Source: Occultella glacieicola (GTDB taxonomy: Bacteria; Actinomycetota; Actinomycetes; Actinomycetales; Beutenbergiaceae). From it: a stretch of DNA of 64,000 nt. Where the stretch lies: positions 310,001 through 374,000 of the forward strand of contig NZ_SMNA01000005.1 of NCBI RefSeq assembly GCF_004353825.1, given 5' to 3'. The notes beneath the pieces were generated by a model, which was not told the origin of the DNA, did not search any database, and saw nothing but the letters and a program-made list of their open reading frames with translations. A program made the translations under genes and the position numbers. Positions within the stretch are counted from its first letter, which is position 1. Every line of letters begins with the position of its first letter. Positions 37,591-47,737 of the stretch are shown here, one piece after another.

Positions 37591-38472
37591 ATGACCGACG
37601 CGGACGACGGCGGACCGGAGCGTCGCCAGGCCGCCGAGTTCGAGACGCACCGCCGGTATCTCACGACGGTCGCGTACCGGATGCTGGGCTCGTTCACGGA
37701 CGCCGAGGACGCGGTCCAGGAGGCCTGGCTGCGTCTGCAGCGCTCCGATGCGCGGGTCGACGACCTCCGTGCCTGGCTCACCCGGGTGGTCAGCCGGATC
37801 TGCCTGGACACGCTCCGGTCCCGCGGGCGCCGCCGCGAGGAGCCGCTGGCCGGGGTGGCCGAGGCCGACCCGGCGACCGCGGCACCCTCCGGTGAGGACC
37901 CGGCGGCGCTGGCCGAGACCGCTGACTCGGTCGGGATCGCCCTGATGATCGTGCTGGACCACCTCTCCCCCGACGAGCGGCTCGCCTACGTGCTCCATGA
38001 CGTGTTCGGGCTCCCGTTCGACGAGATCAGCGGGGTGCTGGACCGAACGCCGCAGGCGGCCCGCAAGCTCGCGAGCCGCGGGCGGGCGCGGATCCGCGGA
38101 ACCGATTCGCCGTCGCGCCCGCGCAGCCTGCAGGACCGGGCCCGACAGCGCGCGCTCGTGGAGGCATTCCTGGCAGCGGGTCGGGACGGCGACTTCGACG
38201 GGCTCCTGGCGATCCTGCATCCGGACGTGGTGCTTCGCGTCGATCACGACCCGGAGGCCGGCGGCATGCGGATCGTGCGGGGCGCGGCCGAGGTCGCGAA
38301 CGGGGCCCGCCGCTTCCGCACAACCGCGGCCGGAGGCGAACGCGAGTTCGCGATCATCGAGGTCGCCGACACGTTCGGTGTGCTCACCTACACCGACGGC
38401 AGGCCGACCGGGCTCCTCATCGTCACCGGCGAGGACGGCCTGATCACGCACCTGCACGCGGTCCGGCCCTGA
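37591..38472 (+). CDS. ECF sigma factor with SnoaL-like C-terminal extension (ECF41/SigJ-like)
   Basis: AYRMLGSFTDAEDAVQEAWLR, LSPDERLAYVLHDVFG, FLAAGRDGDFDGLLAILHPDV. Confidence 0.9.
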   Translation: MTDADDGGPERRQAAEFETHRRYLTTVAYRMLGSFTDAEDAVQEAWLRLQRSDARVDDLRAWLTRVVSRICLDTLRSRGRRREEPLAGVAEADPATAAPSGEDPAALAETADSVGIALMIVLDHLSPDERLAYVLHDVFGLPFDEISGVLDRTPQAARKLASRGRARIRGTDSPSRPRSLQDRARQRALVEAFLAAGRDGDFDGLLAILHPDVVLRVDHDPEAGGMRIVRGAAEVANGARRFRTTAAGGEREFAIIEVADTFGVLTYTDGRPTGLLIVTGEDGLITHLHAVRP

Positions 38473-38481
38473 CTCCTCGCC

Positions 38482-39207
38482 CTACCGCTGCTGCGTGGAC
38501 GGGATCCGGAGTCGAGTCAGGGCCGGCGCCGTGAGGCAGTCCGCCGTCGGAGTCGGCCCACCGTCGAGGGCCTCGGCCGCGACGGCGCCGGCCGCCCGGA
38601 TCGAGTCCACCACCGGCAGCCCGGTCGCCTCCCGGACCGGGTCGGCCAGGTCAAGGGTGGTGAACCCGGTGCACGCGAACAGGATCGACGTGGCGCCGGC
38701 ATCCCGGAGTTCGACGGCGGCCGCGATCGCGGCGCGTGCGCCCGCGGCCGTGGTGAGCTCGCTCGTGCGGGTCACCCCGTCGGGCACCCGGGAGGCGACG
38801 AGCCGGTCCCCGAGCACCGCGGTGACGCTCTCCGGCACCTCCTCGGTGATGCCGAGGACCCCGACGCTGCCACCGGTGGCCCGCGCGATGGCAGCACCGG
38901 CCGATCCCGCCCCGATGACGGGGACGTTGACGGCGGCGCGAGCCCAGGCGAGACCCGGGTCGGCGGCACAGGAGATGATCACCGCCTCCGCGCCCTCGGC
39001 CACCAGTGTCCGGGCGGCGGCCGGCATCTTCTGGGAGGCAGCGGCGAAGGTCCGGTCGTCATGGACACCGGTCCGTTGGCCTGGCAGACAGGCGGTCACG
39101 GTGCGGTAGCCGTGGATCTGCTCGAGCACCCGGCCGTGGGCCTCCAGGAAGTCCCAGTCGTCGGTGGTCACCACCCGGATGACGCCGACCGTCCGTGGCG
39201 CGGTCAC
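38482..39207 (-). CDS. Asp/Glu/hydantoin racemase family protein
   Basis: Two-Cys motifs ISCAADPGL and FACTGF; PVVDS. Confidence 0.8.
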   Translation of the reverse strand: MTAPRTVGVIRVVTTDDWDFLEAHGRVLEQIHGYRTVTACLPGQRTGVHDDRTFAAASQKMPAAARTLVAEGAEAVIISCAADPGLAWARAAVNVPVIGAGSAGAAIARATGGSVGVLGITEEVPESVTAVLGDRLVASRVPDGVTRTSELTTAAGARAAIAAAVELRDAGATSILFACTGFTTLDLADPVREATGLPVVDSIRAAGAVAAEALDGGPTPTADCLTAPALTRLRIPSTQQR

Positions 39208-39890
39208 AGCACGGCTCCGAGCAGCCGGGCGGCGACCGAGCGGATGGTCACGACCGCAACGTCCGGCCCGACGGCGGAGGTCGCCGCCGCGCGCATCGTC
39301 TCGTCGAAGCCCATGCAGTCGAGCACGATCAGGTCGGAGTGCGGCGCCAGGGTGGCGGTGGCCGCGGCGATGGTCCGGACCGGGTCGGTGTACGGGCTCG
39401 CGGCCGTGGCCGCGGTCGGACGCACCCCGATGCTGGTCTGCCAGTGGTCGTACGCCTCGTCGACCTGCTCGGGTAGCGGCCGCACCACGCCCAGTCGGGC
39501 GCCTGGCCCGAACCCGCTGAGCAGTCCCCGGACACCGTCGTGAGCCAGTCGTTCCACACCGAAGAGCGGGCGCTCGTGTTCCAGCGCCGGGAACAGCCCG
39601 CCGCACATGAGCAGGGTGAGGTCGGCGCCGTCGGCCTCGGCCCGGGTGACCGCCGCTTGCAGCAGGGGCACCGCCGCCGCATGCGCGAACACAGCCGACC
39701 CGCCGTCGCGCAGTCGTGAGGTGAGGGCCGACTCACCGGGGCGTGGGGCCAGGTCCGCGATCTGGGCGGCGTCGAGTCCGTCCAGCGCGCCGTACTCGCG
39801 CACGACGTCGGCCGGCAGCAACGGGAGCACCTCCCCGGTGACGTCCGTGCGCGGGGCCTGGCCGATGGTGATCAGGGCGAGAGTCGTCAT
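39204..39890 (-). CDS. AroM family protein
   Basis: ITIGQAPRTDV, GALDGL, LTSRLRDG, LDCMGF. Confidence 0.88.
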   Translation of the reverse strand: MTTLALITIGQAPRTDVTGEVLPLLPADVVREYGALDGLDAAQIADLAPRPGESALTSRLRDGGSAVFAHAAAVPLLQAAVTRAEADGADLTLLMCGGLFPALEHERPLFGVERLAHDGVRGLLSGFGPGARLGVVRPLPEQVDEAYDHWQTSIGVRPTAATAASPYTDPVRTIAAATATLAPHSDLIVLDCMGFDETMRAAATSAVGPDVAVVTIRSVAARLLGAVL

Positions 39891-39897
39891 GGGTACC

Positions 39898-41193
39898 TCA
39901 GCGTCGGAGCGTGCGGATCAGCCGGTCGAGCAGGTTGCGGCCGTCGACGCGGATGCCGTCGTGCTGGTAGTCGTTGGTGATGATCGGCCGGAGACCGCGG
40001 ATGGCGTCCGCCGTGGCCAGGGACGTTCGCCGCGGCACGAACATATCGTCGTGGTAGATCGCCGCCGCCACCGGGACCTGGTTCTCGGCCAAGACGTGAG
40101 GGTCGTACAGGACGGGCAGATCAGCACGCCGAGCGAGCAGGTCCGTGGCCTCCCGGAGCGGAACCAGGGCCGGGTCCTCCTCGAACTGCCATGGATAGAT
40201 GTGCTCGCCCGTGAAGCAGAACGGTGCGTCCGGGCCGGCGTCGAGGGCGAACTCGGCGAACTCCTCGCGCACCCGGTGCGCGGCCCAGTCCGTGGCGCCC
40301 CCGGTGGCGGCGCCCTGGGCGTAGATGCTCTCGTGCAGCGCCGCGTACAGGGGTCGCGGCGCGAAGCTCAGTGCCCGGCCGACCCCGTCGAGGAACCCGT
40401 CCCGCAGCCGCCGGGTGCCGTCGACCGTGAGGAACGGGTCCTCCAGCGTGTAGTGCAGGGAGTCGAAGCCGGTCCGGGTGCCGAGGCTGATCCCGAGCGT
40501 CCGGAACCGGCGGGAGCTGAGCCGCTCCCCCGTGGGCAGGATCTCCTCCTCGGCGTCCAGGTGCGCCGCGATCGCCCGGGCTGTCCCCTCGTCCTGCGGG
40601 TGCCTGGCGAAGTACTCGGCGTTGCGCTTGGCGGTGGCAGCGTAGGTGAGCCGGTAGGTGTCCTCCGCGGACGTGCGCAGGCCCGGCAGGCCGGCGGTGA
40701 TCATGGCCTCCCGGACGCCGGCCGGGGACTGGGACAGGTAGGCCGTGATCACGAAGCCGCCGAAGCTCTGTCCGAGCAGCGTCCACGGCTCGTCCCCGAT
40801 CAGGGCGGACCGCAGCGCCTCCGCGTCGGCCACGATCGCGTCGGCCCGCAGGTGCGACAGGTAGTCCGCCTGCGCCGCGGCGTCGCCGGTGAGCGTCTGC
40901 CGGTTCGCCGGCGTCGACCGGCCGGTGCCGCGCTGGTCCAGCAGCAGCACCCGGTAGTCCTCGAGCGCGCGGTCGAGCCAGCCGCCGACCGAGTCGGGCC
41001 GATTGGCACGGTTACCCGGCCCACCCTGGAACCAGACGAGATACGGGCGGTTCGCTCCGCCGTCGCGCACGATCTCCCGCGCGAACACGCCGATGGTGCC
41101 GGGGACCGCCCCGGTGTGGTCCAGCGGCACCTCGAGGTGGTGCTCGCGGACGTCGTGGCCGTCGATCCGGTAGCCCGCCGTGGTCAGTGCCAT
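39898..41193 (-). CDS. Proline iminopeptidase-type alpha/beta hydrolase (S33)
   Basis: VPLDH, QGGPG, LDQRGTGRS, GQSFGG, DDMFV, YQHDG. Confidence 0.88.
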   Translation of the reverse strand: MALTTAGYRIDGHDVREHHLEVPLDHTGAVPGTIGVFAREIVRDGGANRPYLVWFQGGPGNRANRPDSVGGWLDRALEDYRVLLLDQRGTGRSTPANRQTLTGDAAAQADYLSHLRADAIVADAEALRSALIGDEPWTLLGQSFGGFVITAYLSQSPAGVREAMITAGLPGLRTSAEDTYRLTYAATAKRNAEYFARHPQDEGTARAIAAHLDAEEEILPTGERLSSRRFRTLGISLGTRTGFDSLHYTLEDPFLTVDGTRRLRDGFLDGVGRALSFAPRPLYAALHESIYAQGAATGGATDWAAHRVREEFAEFALDAGPDAPFCFTGEHIYPWQFEEDPALVPLREATDLLARRADLPVLYDPHVLAENQVPVAAAIYHDDMFVPRRTSLATADAIRGLRPIITNDYQHDGIRVDGRNLLDRLIRTLRR

Positions 41194-42260
41194 CAGTAGC
41201 CCTCGACGCCGAGCCGGCGGCAGATCTCGACGAGGTCGGGATGCACGTAGCGACCCTCGGACTCGATCGGGGTGCCGTCCACGAAGATGCTCGGGGCGAT
41301 CGCGGAGCCGTCGGTGTGGGCCGGGGCGACCCAGGGCTCGCCGCCGATCCAGGCGCCCTTGGTGCCGATGCCGAACTCGACACAGCCGAACACCCGCTCG
41401 TCCTCGACGATCCGACCGGTGGAGCGGGTCACGCCGGGGTTGAAACCGAGGGACCAGTGCGCCACCCGGTACATGTTCGGGTCATCCTGGGCAGCGAGCC
41501 AGTTGCGGTAGATCTGGGCGTCGCGGCCCTCACCGGCAACGTCGGTGACCACGCCGTTCTCCACCGTCAGGGTGATCGGGTTCGTGATCAGCCCGTTGTC
41601 ATCGGGCGGCCAGGCGGCGCCGTCGAACACGATCGTGCCGTTCTGGGTCTCCTCGATCGGGTTCCAGGAGATCTGGCCGGCCAGCATCACGGACATGCCG
41701 GGCTTGTCCGCGGGGATGCCACGCACGTGGATCGGGCGGTCGCCCGTGCGGCCGGTGATGTCCATGCCGTTGGCGGAGGTGATCCGGATCTCGTCGCCGG
41801 AGCTGAGCAGCTCGACGAGCTTGTCCCCGAGCTCGCGGACCCCGGCGTAGTCGACCTTCGCCACCGTGTCGACGAGCATCTGCACGTCCAGGCCGGTCAG
41901 GCAGGTGTAGCGGGTGCCCCGCGCCATGGCGGCCCGGAACGCGTCCGAATGCATGATGTAGCCGAGCTGGAGCTCGATCCAGACGTCCGCGCCGAGCGCG
42001 GCGCCGGCGACCGGGGCCGGCGGCTCGATCGCGGAGGCCCAGCGGGTCTCGTAGCGGACGATCACGGGATGGGCGCCGGCGGCCATCGCGGCACCGCCGA
42101 GCAGGTCGGCCACCCGCATGTCGGAGGACGTGTCCGTGGTGATCAGGACGTTCTCCCCCGGTTTGACGCACATGATCTCCTCGATCAGTTTGCGTGCGCC
42201 GACCATGGCCTCGAAGGACAGGTACTCGCTGCGGGACTCGATTCTGTTCGTGACCTCCAC
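41193..42260 (-). CDS. M29-like metallopeptidase-fold protein (aminopeptidase T or NicX-like)
   Basis: VKPGENVLITTD, ITSANGMD, AHWSLGFNP, EDERVFG, HTDG. Confidence 0.7.
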   Translation of the reverse strand: MEVTNRIESRSEYLSFEAMVGARKLIEEIMCVKPGENVLITTDTSSDMRVADLLGGAAMAAGAHPVIVRYETRWASAIEPPAPVAGAALGADVWIELQLGYIMHSDAFRAAMARGTRYTCLTGLDVQMLVDTVAKVDYAGVRELGDKLVELLSSGDEIRITSANGMDITGRTGDRPIHVRGIPADKPGMSVMLAGQISWNPIEETQNGTIVFDGAAWPPDDNGLITNPITLTVENGVVTDVAGEGRDAQIYRNWLAAQDDPNMYRVAHWSLGFNPGVTRSTGRIVEDERVFGCVEFGIGTKGAWIGGEPWVAPAHTDGSAIAPSIFVDGTPIESEGRYVHPDLVEICRRLGVEGY

Positions 42261-42297
42261 GGGTCACTCCTTTCGGTTGTGGTGGGGTTCGGCGGGC

Positions 42298-43962
42298 TCA
42301 GCGCAGCACGCGGCCGAGGGAGGCCAGGGCGTCGCCCGCGATGAGGCCGGCACCGACGAGGGAGAGTTCGGCCTCCGCTTCGGGGCCCTTGACCTTCCGG
42401 ACGACCAGCCGGATCGCGAGGGCACCGGCGACCAGGAGGCAGGCCCACGGGACGGTGAGCAGCAGGCCGGTGGCGAGCATGACGCCCATCTGCCGCTTCG
42501 GCCCACCGATCGCCTGGATGATCGCGCCGGGGATCGCCCAGATCACCAGGTTGCGCACGGCGTCCGGGTCGGTCAGCCCGGCCGTGATGGTGTCCGCGTA
42601 GACGACCGCGACCGGCGGGATGAGCCCGTCCTCGAAGTAGGAGCGCCACAGCAGCGCGACCACGACGAGCGCGACGACGAAGCCGACGATCGCCGAGTAG
42701 TACTGCTGGCGGCGCCCGTCCCGCTCGTACGCGTCGTACTGCGGGTGCCGGGAGTGCACCTTGCGCAGCACCCAGCCGGCCTTGAGGTCGTAGCCCATGT
42801 CCGCGAACGCCGGGCCGGTGGCCGCGCAGTAGCCGACCAGCACCACGAGCGGGACCTCCGGGAGCCCGACCACCAGGCCGATGACCAGGAAGATCAGGGT
42901 CACCGCGAACGCCGGGAACCAGCCGGAGTGCATCGCCGCGAGACCGACGATGATCTCGTGGACGAACGCGGCGAACGCCGCGAACATGGCCCAGCCGATG
43001 ATCGCGGGGATGCTCATCTCGGTGACGAGCCCGGTGATGATGGCCAGCAGCACCGCGCCGGCGAGGAACATCACGACACCGGAGGACAGCGCCCGCCGCA
43101 GCTGGCCGGGGGAGACGGAGTCGGCGTCGGCGGGGTCCGCGGCGCCGGGATCGGGGGCGGTCGGGTCGCCGGTCCGTTCCGCACTGTCCGACTTGCCCCG
43201 CCGGTTGCTCAACAGGATCCCGGCCTGGACCAGGGCGACGATCCCGGCGCCGATCATGACGCCGTGCGGGATGAACTGACCGCTGAGGGAGAAGTCGGCC
43301 AGGCCCGGCACCAGGGTGATGAACTGGTTGACCGCGAGCCCGACGGCGAACATGAGCAGGGCGACGACGTTGCCGATCAGGGCCACGCCCGCAGCCGACC
43401 CGCTGAGGCCGACCCAGGCCAGCACCGCACCGACCACGCCGCCGCCGGCGAGTACCACGGCACGCTTGCCGCCCTTGTCGCCGGCCTTGATGGTCTCGGC
43501 GGCGGCGATCCCCGGGGGCCACGCGGCCGTGGCCGGCAGGAAGCGGGAGCCGAAGCTGCGGTAGAGCACCCAGGAGTCCACGCCGAGGCCGACGACGGCG
43601 CCGATCAGCAACGGCCAGACCAGGTCGATCCGCCCGTACGCCCAGCCGATCGCCATCGGGGTCAGCAGCGCGTTGGCCGCGCCGAAGGTCGCCGAGGAGA
43701 TCGCCGTCTGGGCCAGGTTCTGCCGGTTCGTGCTGCGGAACTTCGCGAAGAAGCCGATGCCGACCCGGCCCATCACCATGGCGATCAGGGCACCCACCAC
43801 GGAGGTGTTCGCGGAGATGCCGAGCGTGGTGATCAGGTGCAGCCCGATGTATGCGCCGAGGACGGACAGCGCGACCGTCAGGATGAGCGTCGCGGGCGCG
43901 AACGCGCGGGGGTGCACCAGCCGTTCGGTGGTCTCGGTGCTGGGCGGGGACTGTTCGGCCAT
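42298..43962 (-). CDS. OPT/YSL-family oligopeptide transporter
   Basis: QNLAQTAISSATF, WPPGIAAAETI, ADMGYDLKAG, GLIAGDAL; many TM helices. Confidence 0.82.
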   Translation of the reverse strand: MAEQSPPSTETTERLVHPRAFAPATLILTVALSVLGAYIGLHLITTLGISANTSVVGALIAMVMGRVGIGFFAKFRSTNRQNLAQTAISSATFGAANALLTPMAIGWAYGRIDLVWPLLIGAVVGLGVDSWVLYRSFGSRFLPATAAWPPGIAAAETIKAGDKGGKRAVVLAGGGVVGAVLAWVGLSGSAAGVALIGNVVALLMFAVGLAVNQFITLVPGLADFSLSGQFIPHGVMIGAGIVALVQAGILLSNRRGKSDSAERTGDPTAPDPGAADPADADSVSPGQLRRALSSGVVMFLAGAVLLAIITGLVTEMSIPAIIGWAMFAAFAAFVHEIIVGLAAMHSGWFPAFAVTLIFLVIGLVVGLPEVPLVVLVGYCAATGPAFADMGYDLKAGWVLRKVHSRHPQYDAYERDGRRQQYYSAIVGFVVALVVVALLWRSYFEDGLIPPVAVVYADTITAGLTDPDAVRNLVIWAIPGAIIQAIGGPKRQMGVMLATGLLLTVPWACLLVAGALAIRLVVRKVKGPEAEAELSLVGAGLIAGDALASLGRVLR

Positions 43963-44004
43963 GGAAGGCCTCCTTCATGGTGGTGCTCTGTCGGGAACGC
44001 CCGA

Positions 44005-44757
44005 TCAGCTCCGGAGGGTCGCTCCGATGGTGCTGGCGGCGTGACTGACGGCCTCGATCAGCTCGGTGGAGCGATCTGCCATGTACTGCGGTGGGCCGAG
44101 GGTGCTCACGGAGCCGAAGATGACACCCTCGAGGAGGATCGGCGCCGAGATGGCCATCACCCGGTCGTCGAACTCACCGACCGAGACCGCGTACCCGAGT
44201 TTTCGGACCTCCTCGTGGCGGCGCTCCAGCGCCGCCACCTCCGCTTCGCTCGGGTCCGCGGCGCCGTAGGCGTCGAGGACGTCGCGGGCACCCAACGCCG
44301 GGGAGAACGCGAAGATCGCGTGTCCGGTGGCGCCGAGGTGACCCGGGTAGGTGCGGCCGAGCGCCGTGTTGTACCGGACCATGCCCGGACCGTCCACGGC
44401 AGCCACCGTGCGGTATCGGGCGCCGTCGGGCACGCACACCACCGCGCTCTCCCGGGTCGCGACGCTGAGCGCCGCCAGGTGCGGCTCGAGGCGGTGCCGC
44501 ACCCCCTCGCTGTGCTCGGCGAGGTGACCGAGCACCACGAGCGACGGACCGAGGGAGTACCGACGGGTGACCGGGTCGAGCACCGTGAACCCCTGCGCGG
44601 CGAGGGTGGCCAGGACGCGCTGCGCCTGGGACTTGTCCATCCCCAGCTCGCGGGCGAGCTCGGAGACTCCCCGGGTGGGCCGCTCGTGGGTGAACGCCCG
44701 GAGCACCGCGAGGGCGCGCCCCACCGTCTGCAGGTGGCCTGCACCCGGTGCACCCAT
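44005..44757 (-). CDS. IclR family transcriptional regulator
   Basis: QTVGRALAVL, GVSELARELGMDKS, GATGHAI, GYAVSVGEF...AISAPI. Confidence 0.92.
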   Translation of the reverse strand: MGAPGAGHLQTVGRALAVLRAFTHERPTRGVSELARELGMDKSQAQRVLATLAAQGFTVLDPVTRRYSLGPSLVVLGHLAEHSEGVRHRLEPHLAALSVATRESAVVCVPDGARYRTVAAVDGPGMVRYNTALGRTYPGHLGATGHAIFAFSPALGARDVLDAYGAADPSEAEVAALERRHEEVRKLGYAVSVGEFDDRVMAISAPILLEGVIFGSVSTLGPPQYMADRSTELIEAVSHAASTIGATLRS

Positions 44758-44904
44758 GCGACTCTCCGTTGCTCATATCGGGTCGAGCGATCCGATAGTA
44801 GCAACAGTGCCAGCCGAATGTGACGGCCGCGTTACGCCGTCGGCCGCGGTCGGCCAGCCCGGCCGGCCCGGGCGCCCGTGTGGGCCTTCCCGCTCGGCGG
44901 ACCG

Positions 44905-45852
44905 TCAGGCGTTGCCGACACCCTGCAGGTGGGTGGCGTCCCCGTACAGGCGGGTCAGGGCGGCGAACTCCGCCTCGTCGCAGAAGCTCAGCGAACCGTC
45001 ACCGAACCCCTTCGCGACCTCCAGGGCGTACCGGGCCGCGAGCGCGATGTCGACCTCGTGGCTCGCTCCGGTCGCGGACCCGGCGACGGCGGTGACCGCG
45101 GTCAGCGCGACGCCCACCACCGGCACCTGCGCGGCCACGGCCGGCTGCAGGATCGAGTTGATGTGGTAGAGCCCGTTGGCGTAGGGCGTGATGTCCTGGG
45201 TCGACAACGGGAACACCTGGGCGGGCTCGCCGCAGACGGTCTCGTACACCGAGACCAGGTCCGGGGCGACCGGCAGGATGTACCCCTGGCGCACCGTCGG
45301 CGAGATCGCGATGCCCCGGTGGTTGATGACGCGGTTGCCCTTGGTGGTGTCGATGGAGACGATCGCCTCCATCTCCGGCAGCACCTCGTTGTCGTTCATG
45401 ACCCCCATGTCCACCGGCGAGTCCATGAACGGGACCGGCTCGTGCGGGCGCGTCGGCGCCCAGGCGCAGATGTGCGTGCCGATGATCACGTCGCCGCGCA
45501 GCCGGTCGCCGCGGGCGTACATCTCGACCACCTTCGCCGCGGTGGCGAGGGCCGCCGTCGCCCCGTCCCCGTCGGAGACGTAACCGATCCGCTCGGGCCG
45601 CGCCCCGATCCCACCCAGCCGGCCGATCACGCCGAGCGTGCGGGCGTCCCCGCCGCCCGCTCGGCCGGCGCTGCCCGGCACCCGCACGGTCACGAAGTCG
45701 GTGTGCCCCTTGTCCCCCTCGACCCGGGTCACGTCGATGCCGATCTGTCTCGTCGCCTCACCAGCGAGGCCGCGCAGGTGGGCGGCGACCCGTTCGCCGT
45801 CGACGCGCGGGTCGTCGAGCAGGTCGAGGATCGTCAGGACGTGCTTGAGCAT
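44905..45852 (-). CDS. DUF1177 family protein
   Basis: PTLG-like TLGVIGRLGGIGARPE, VSDGDGA, HEPVPFM, IDTTKGNR, ITPYANGLYHINSILQP. Confidence 0.85.
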   Translation of the reverse strand: MLKHVLTILDLLDDPRVDGERVAAHLRGLAGEATRQIGIDVTRVEGDKGHTDFVTVRVPGSAGRAGGGDARTLGVIGRLGGIGARPERIGYVSDGDGATAALATAAKVVEMYARGDRLRGDVIIGTHICAWAPTRPHEPVPFMDSPVDMGVMNDNEVLPEMEAIVSIDTTKGNRVINHRGIAISPTVRQGYILPVAPDLVSVYETVCGEPAQVFPLSTQDITPYANGLYHINSILQPAVAAQVPVVGVALTAVTAVAGSATGASHEVDIALAARYALEVAKGFGDGSLSFCDEAEFAALTRLYGDATHLQGVGNA

Positions 45853-46138
45853 CGAAAGGCTCCCGTGTTCGAGGATTGGGTTCATCCCAGAGTAAGCACC
45901 ACGATCAGCCGGCAGTTTCTGGAGGGGCGCAACTTTCGGCGGCGCGAGCATGAGGTGAGGTGCGCCGTCCTCGACTGGGCGACGTACTCCAACCGTCACG
46001 ACCACCGAATGATGTCGCGCCAACCTCACGTCGACGTATCCGCCCGCCCCACCCACTCACCCGGGATGTTGGGACTGGAGCTCATCGTGGCTGGGCCTTC
46101 GGCTCACGGGATGCGACCGACCTCGCCGACCCTGCCTC

Positions 46139-47737
46139 TCAGGCACGACGACGGCGCCCGGTCCCGCCGCGTTGCCACGGCCGCGGGCCGTCCGGCGGGC
46201 GGTAGTTGACGCCCAGCGCGTCGAGCCGCCGCAGGTGGTACGGGATCCGTTCCGGCAGGGCCACGGCGCCTCGGCGCTCGGCAGAGGACCACCCCGCCTC
46301 GGCGATCGCGGCGAGCCGCGGGAACGCCATGTACTCGACCTCGCGTGGCGTCGGCATGTACTCCGTCCAGAGCTGTCCCTGCACCCCGAGGATCCGACCG
46401 GTCAGGCCGTCCGCCTCGGGCGGCACCGGCTCCCAGGCGGCGATGTCCTCGAGCGTGATCGTCCGGCGGGGCGCGAGCGGCTCGTCTTCGTCGTCCGAGG
46501 AGGCGTAGTCGAGGTACGTCGTCCACTTGGGGCACATCACGACGTCGTGGGCGCGCTCCAGGGCGTGCAGTCCCGGTTCGACGCCACGCCAGGACATCAC
46601 GACGGTGTCGCTCGGCATGCCGCCGTCCTCGAGCACCTCGTCCCAGCCCACCACGCTCCGCCCGTGAGCGGTGACGTGCCGGTGGACCTCGCGCAGGAAC
46701 CAGCTCTGCAGCTCGTCCACCGATGCCAGCCCGAGCCCCGTCGCGCGCTCGGCGGCGGCCGGGCTCGCTCGCCACTGCGTGCGGGGCACCTCGTCACCCC
46801 CGATGTGGATCCACGGACTGGGGAAGAGATCGACGACGACGTCGAGCACGTCGCGGGCGAACCGCAGAGCCGCCTCGGTCGGCGCGAGGACGTGGTCCGA
46901 GATGCCCCAGGTGGTCCGCACCTCGACCGGATCACCGTTGTTGCCGAGCTCCGGGTACGCGGCGAGCACCGACTGCACATGGCCGGGGAGGTCCACCTCC
47001 GGGACGATCGTGACGCGCCGCCGTCTCGCGAACTCGACGATCTCCCGGACGTCGTCGGCCGAGTAGAAACCGCCATGGGGCGTCCCGTCGAACCCGGCGT
47101 CGTGGCCGTGGCGGCCGATCACCGTCTCAGCACGCCACGACGCCCGCTCCGCGAGCAGCGGCCACGACGGCACGTCGAGCCGCCAACCCTGGTCGTCGGT
47201 GAGGTGCAGGTGCACGACGTTCAAGCGGTGCAGCGCCGCGAGATCGATGAACCGCAGCACGAACTCGCGCGGCATGAAGTGGCGGGCCACGTCCAGGTGG
47301 ACGCCGCGCCAGCCGAAGCGCGGCGCGTCCTCGACGAGGCAGCATGCGATCGACACCTCGCCGCCGACGGGTGAGCGGCGCAGCGCGTGAGGGGGCAGCA
47401 ACTGCCGCAGTGCCTGGAGTCCGCGGGCGAGGCCGTCCTCGGACGCCCCCACGAGGTCGGCACGCTCGGGCGTCACAGTGATGCGGTAACCCTCGCCATC
47501 CCGCGAGACAGCGGGGTCGATGCGCAGCGCGATCGTTGCGCCGGGACTCTCGGCGCCGAGCACGGGCGCCCGGACTCCGGCCTCGCCGAGGTACTCCGCG
47601 AGCAGCCACGCGTGCTCGCGAGCCGGCCCGTCCGCGCCGAGCGTGGTGTCCGGCCCGAGCACGAGCGAGCCGGGACGCGGTTCGTGCCGGAGGGGCAGGG
47701 GCAGCAGCTGCTCCGAGGTGGTGGCGCGGTCAGACAC
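46139..47737 (-). CDS. GH20 beta-N-acetylhexosaminidase
   Basis: DAPRFGWRG..LDVARHF, HLTDDQGWR, EVDLPGH, HIGGDE, LWTEY, FPRLAA; start uncertain. Confidence 0.93.
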   Translation of the reverse strand: MSDRATTSEQLLPLPLRHEPRPGSLVLGPDTTLGADGPAREHAWLLAEYLGEAGVRAPVLGAESPGATIALRIDPAVSRDGEGYRITVTPERADLVGASEDGLARGLQALRQLLPPHALRRSPVGGEVSIACCLVEDAPRFGWRGVHLDVARHFMPREFVLRFIDLAALHRLNVVHLHLTDDQGWRLDVPSWPLLAERASWRAETVIGRHGHDAGFDGTPHGGFYSADDVREIVEFARRRRVTIVPEVDLPGHVQSVLAAYPELGNNGDPVEVRTTWGISDHVLAPTEAALRFARDVLDVVVDLFPSPWIHIGGDEVPRTQWRASPAAAERATGLGLASVDELQSWFLREVHRHVTAHGRSVVGWDEVLEDGGMPSDTVVMSWRGVEPGLHALERAHDVVMCPKWTTYLDYASSDDEDEPLAPRRTITLEDIAAWEPVPPEADGLTGRILGVQGQLWTEYMPTPREVEYMAFPRLAAIAEAGWSSAERRGAVALPERIPYHLRRLDALGVNYRPPDGPRPWQRGGTGRRRRA

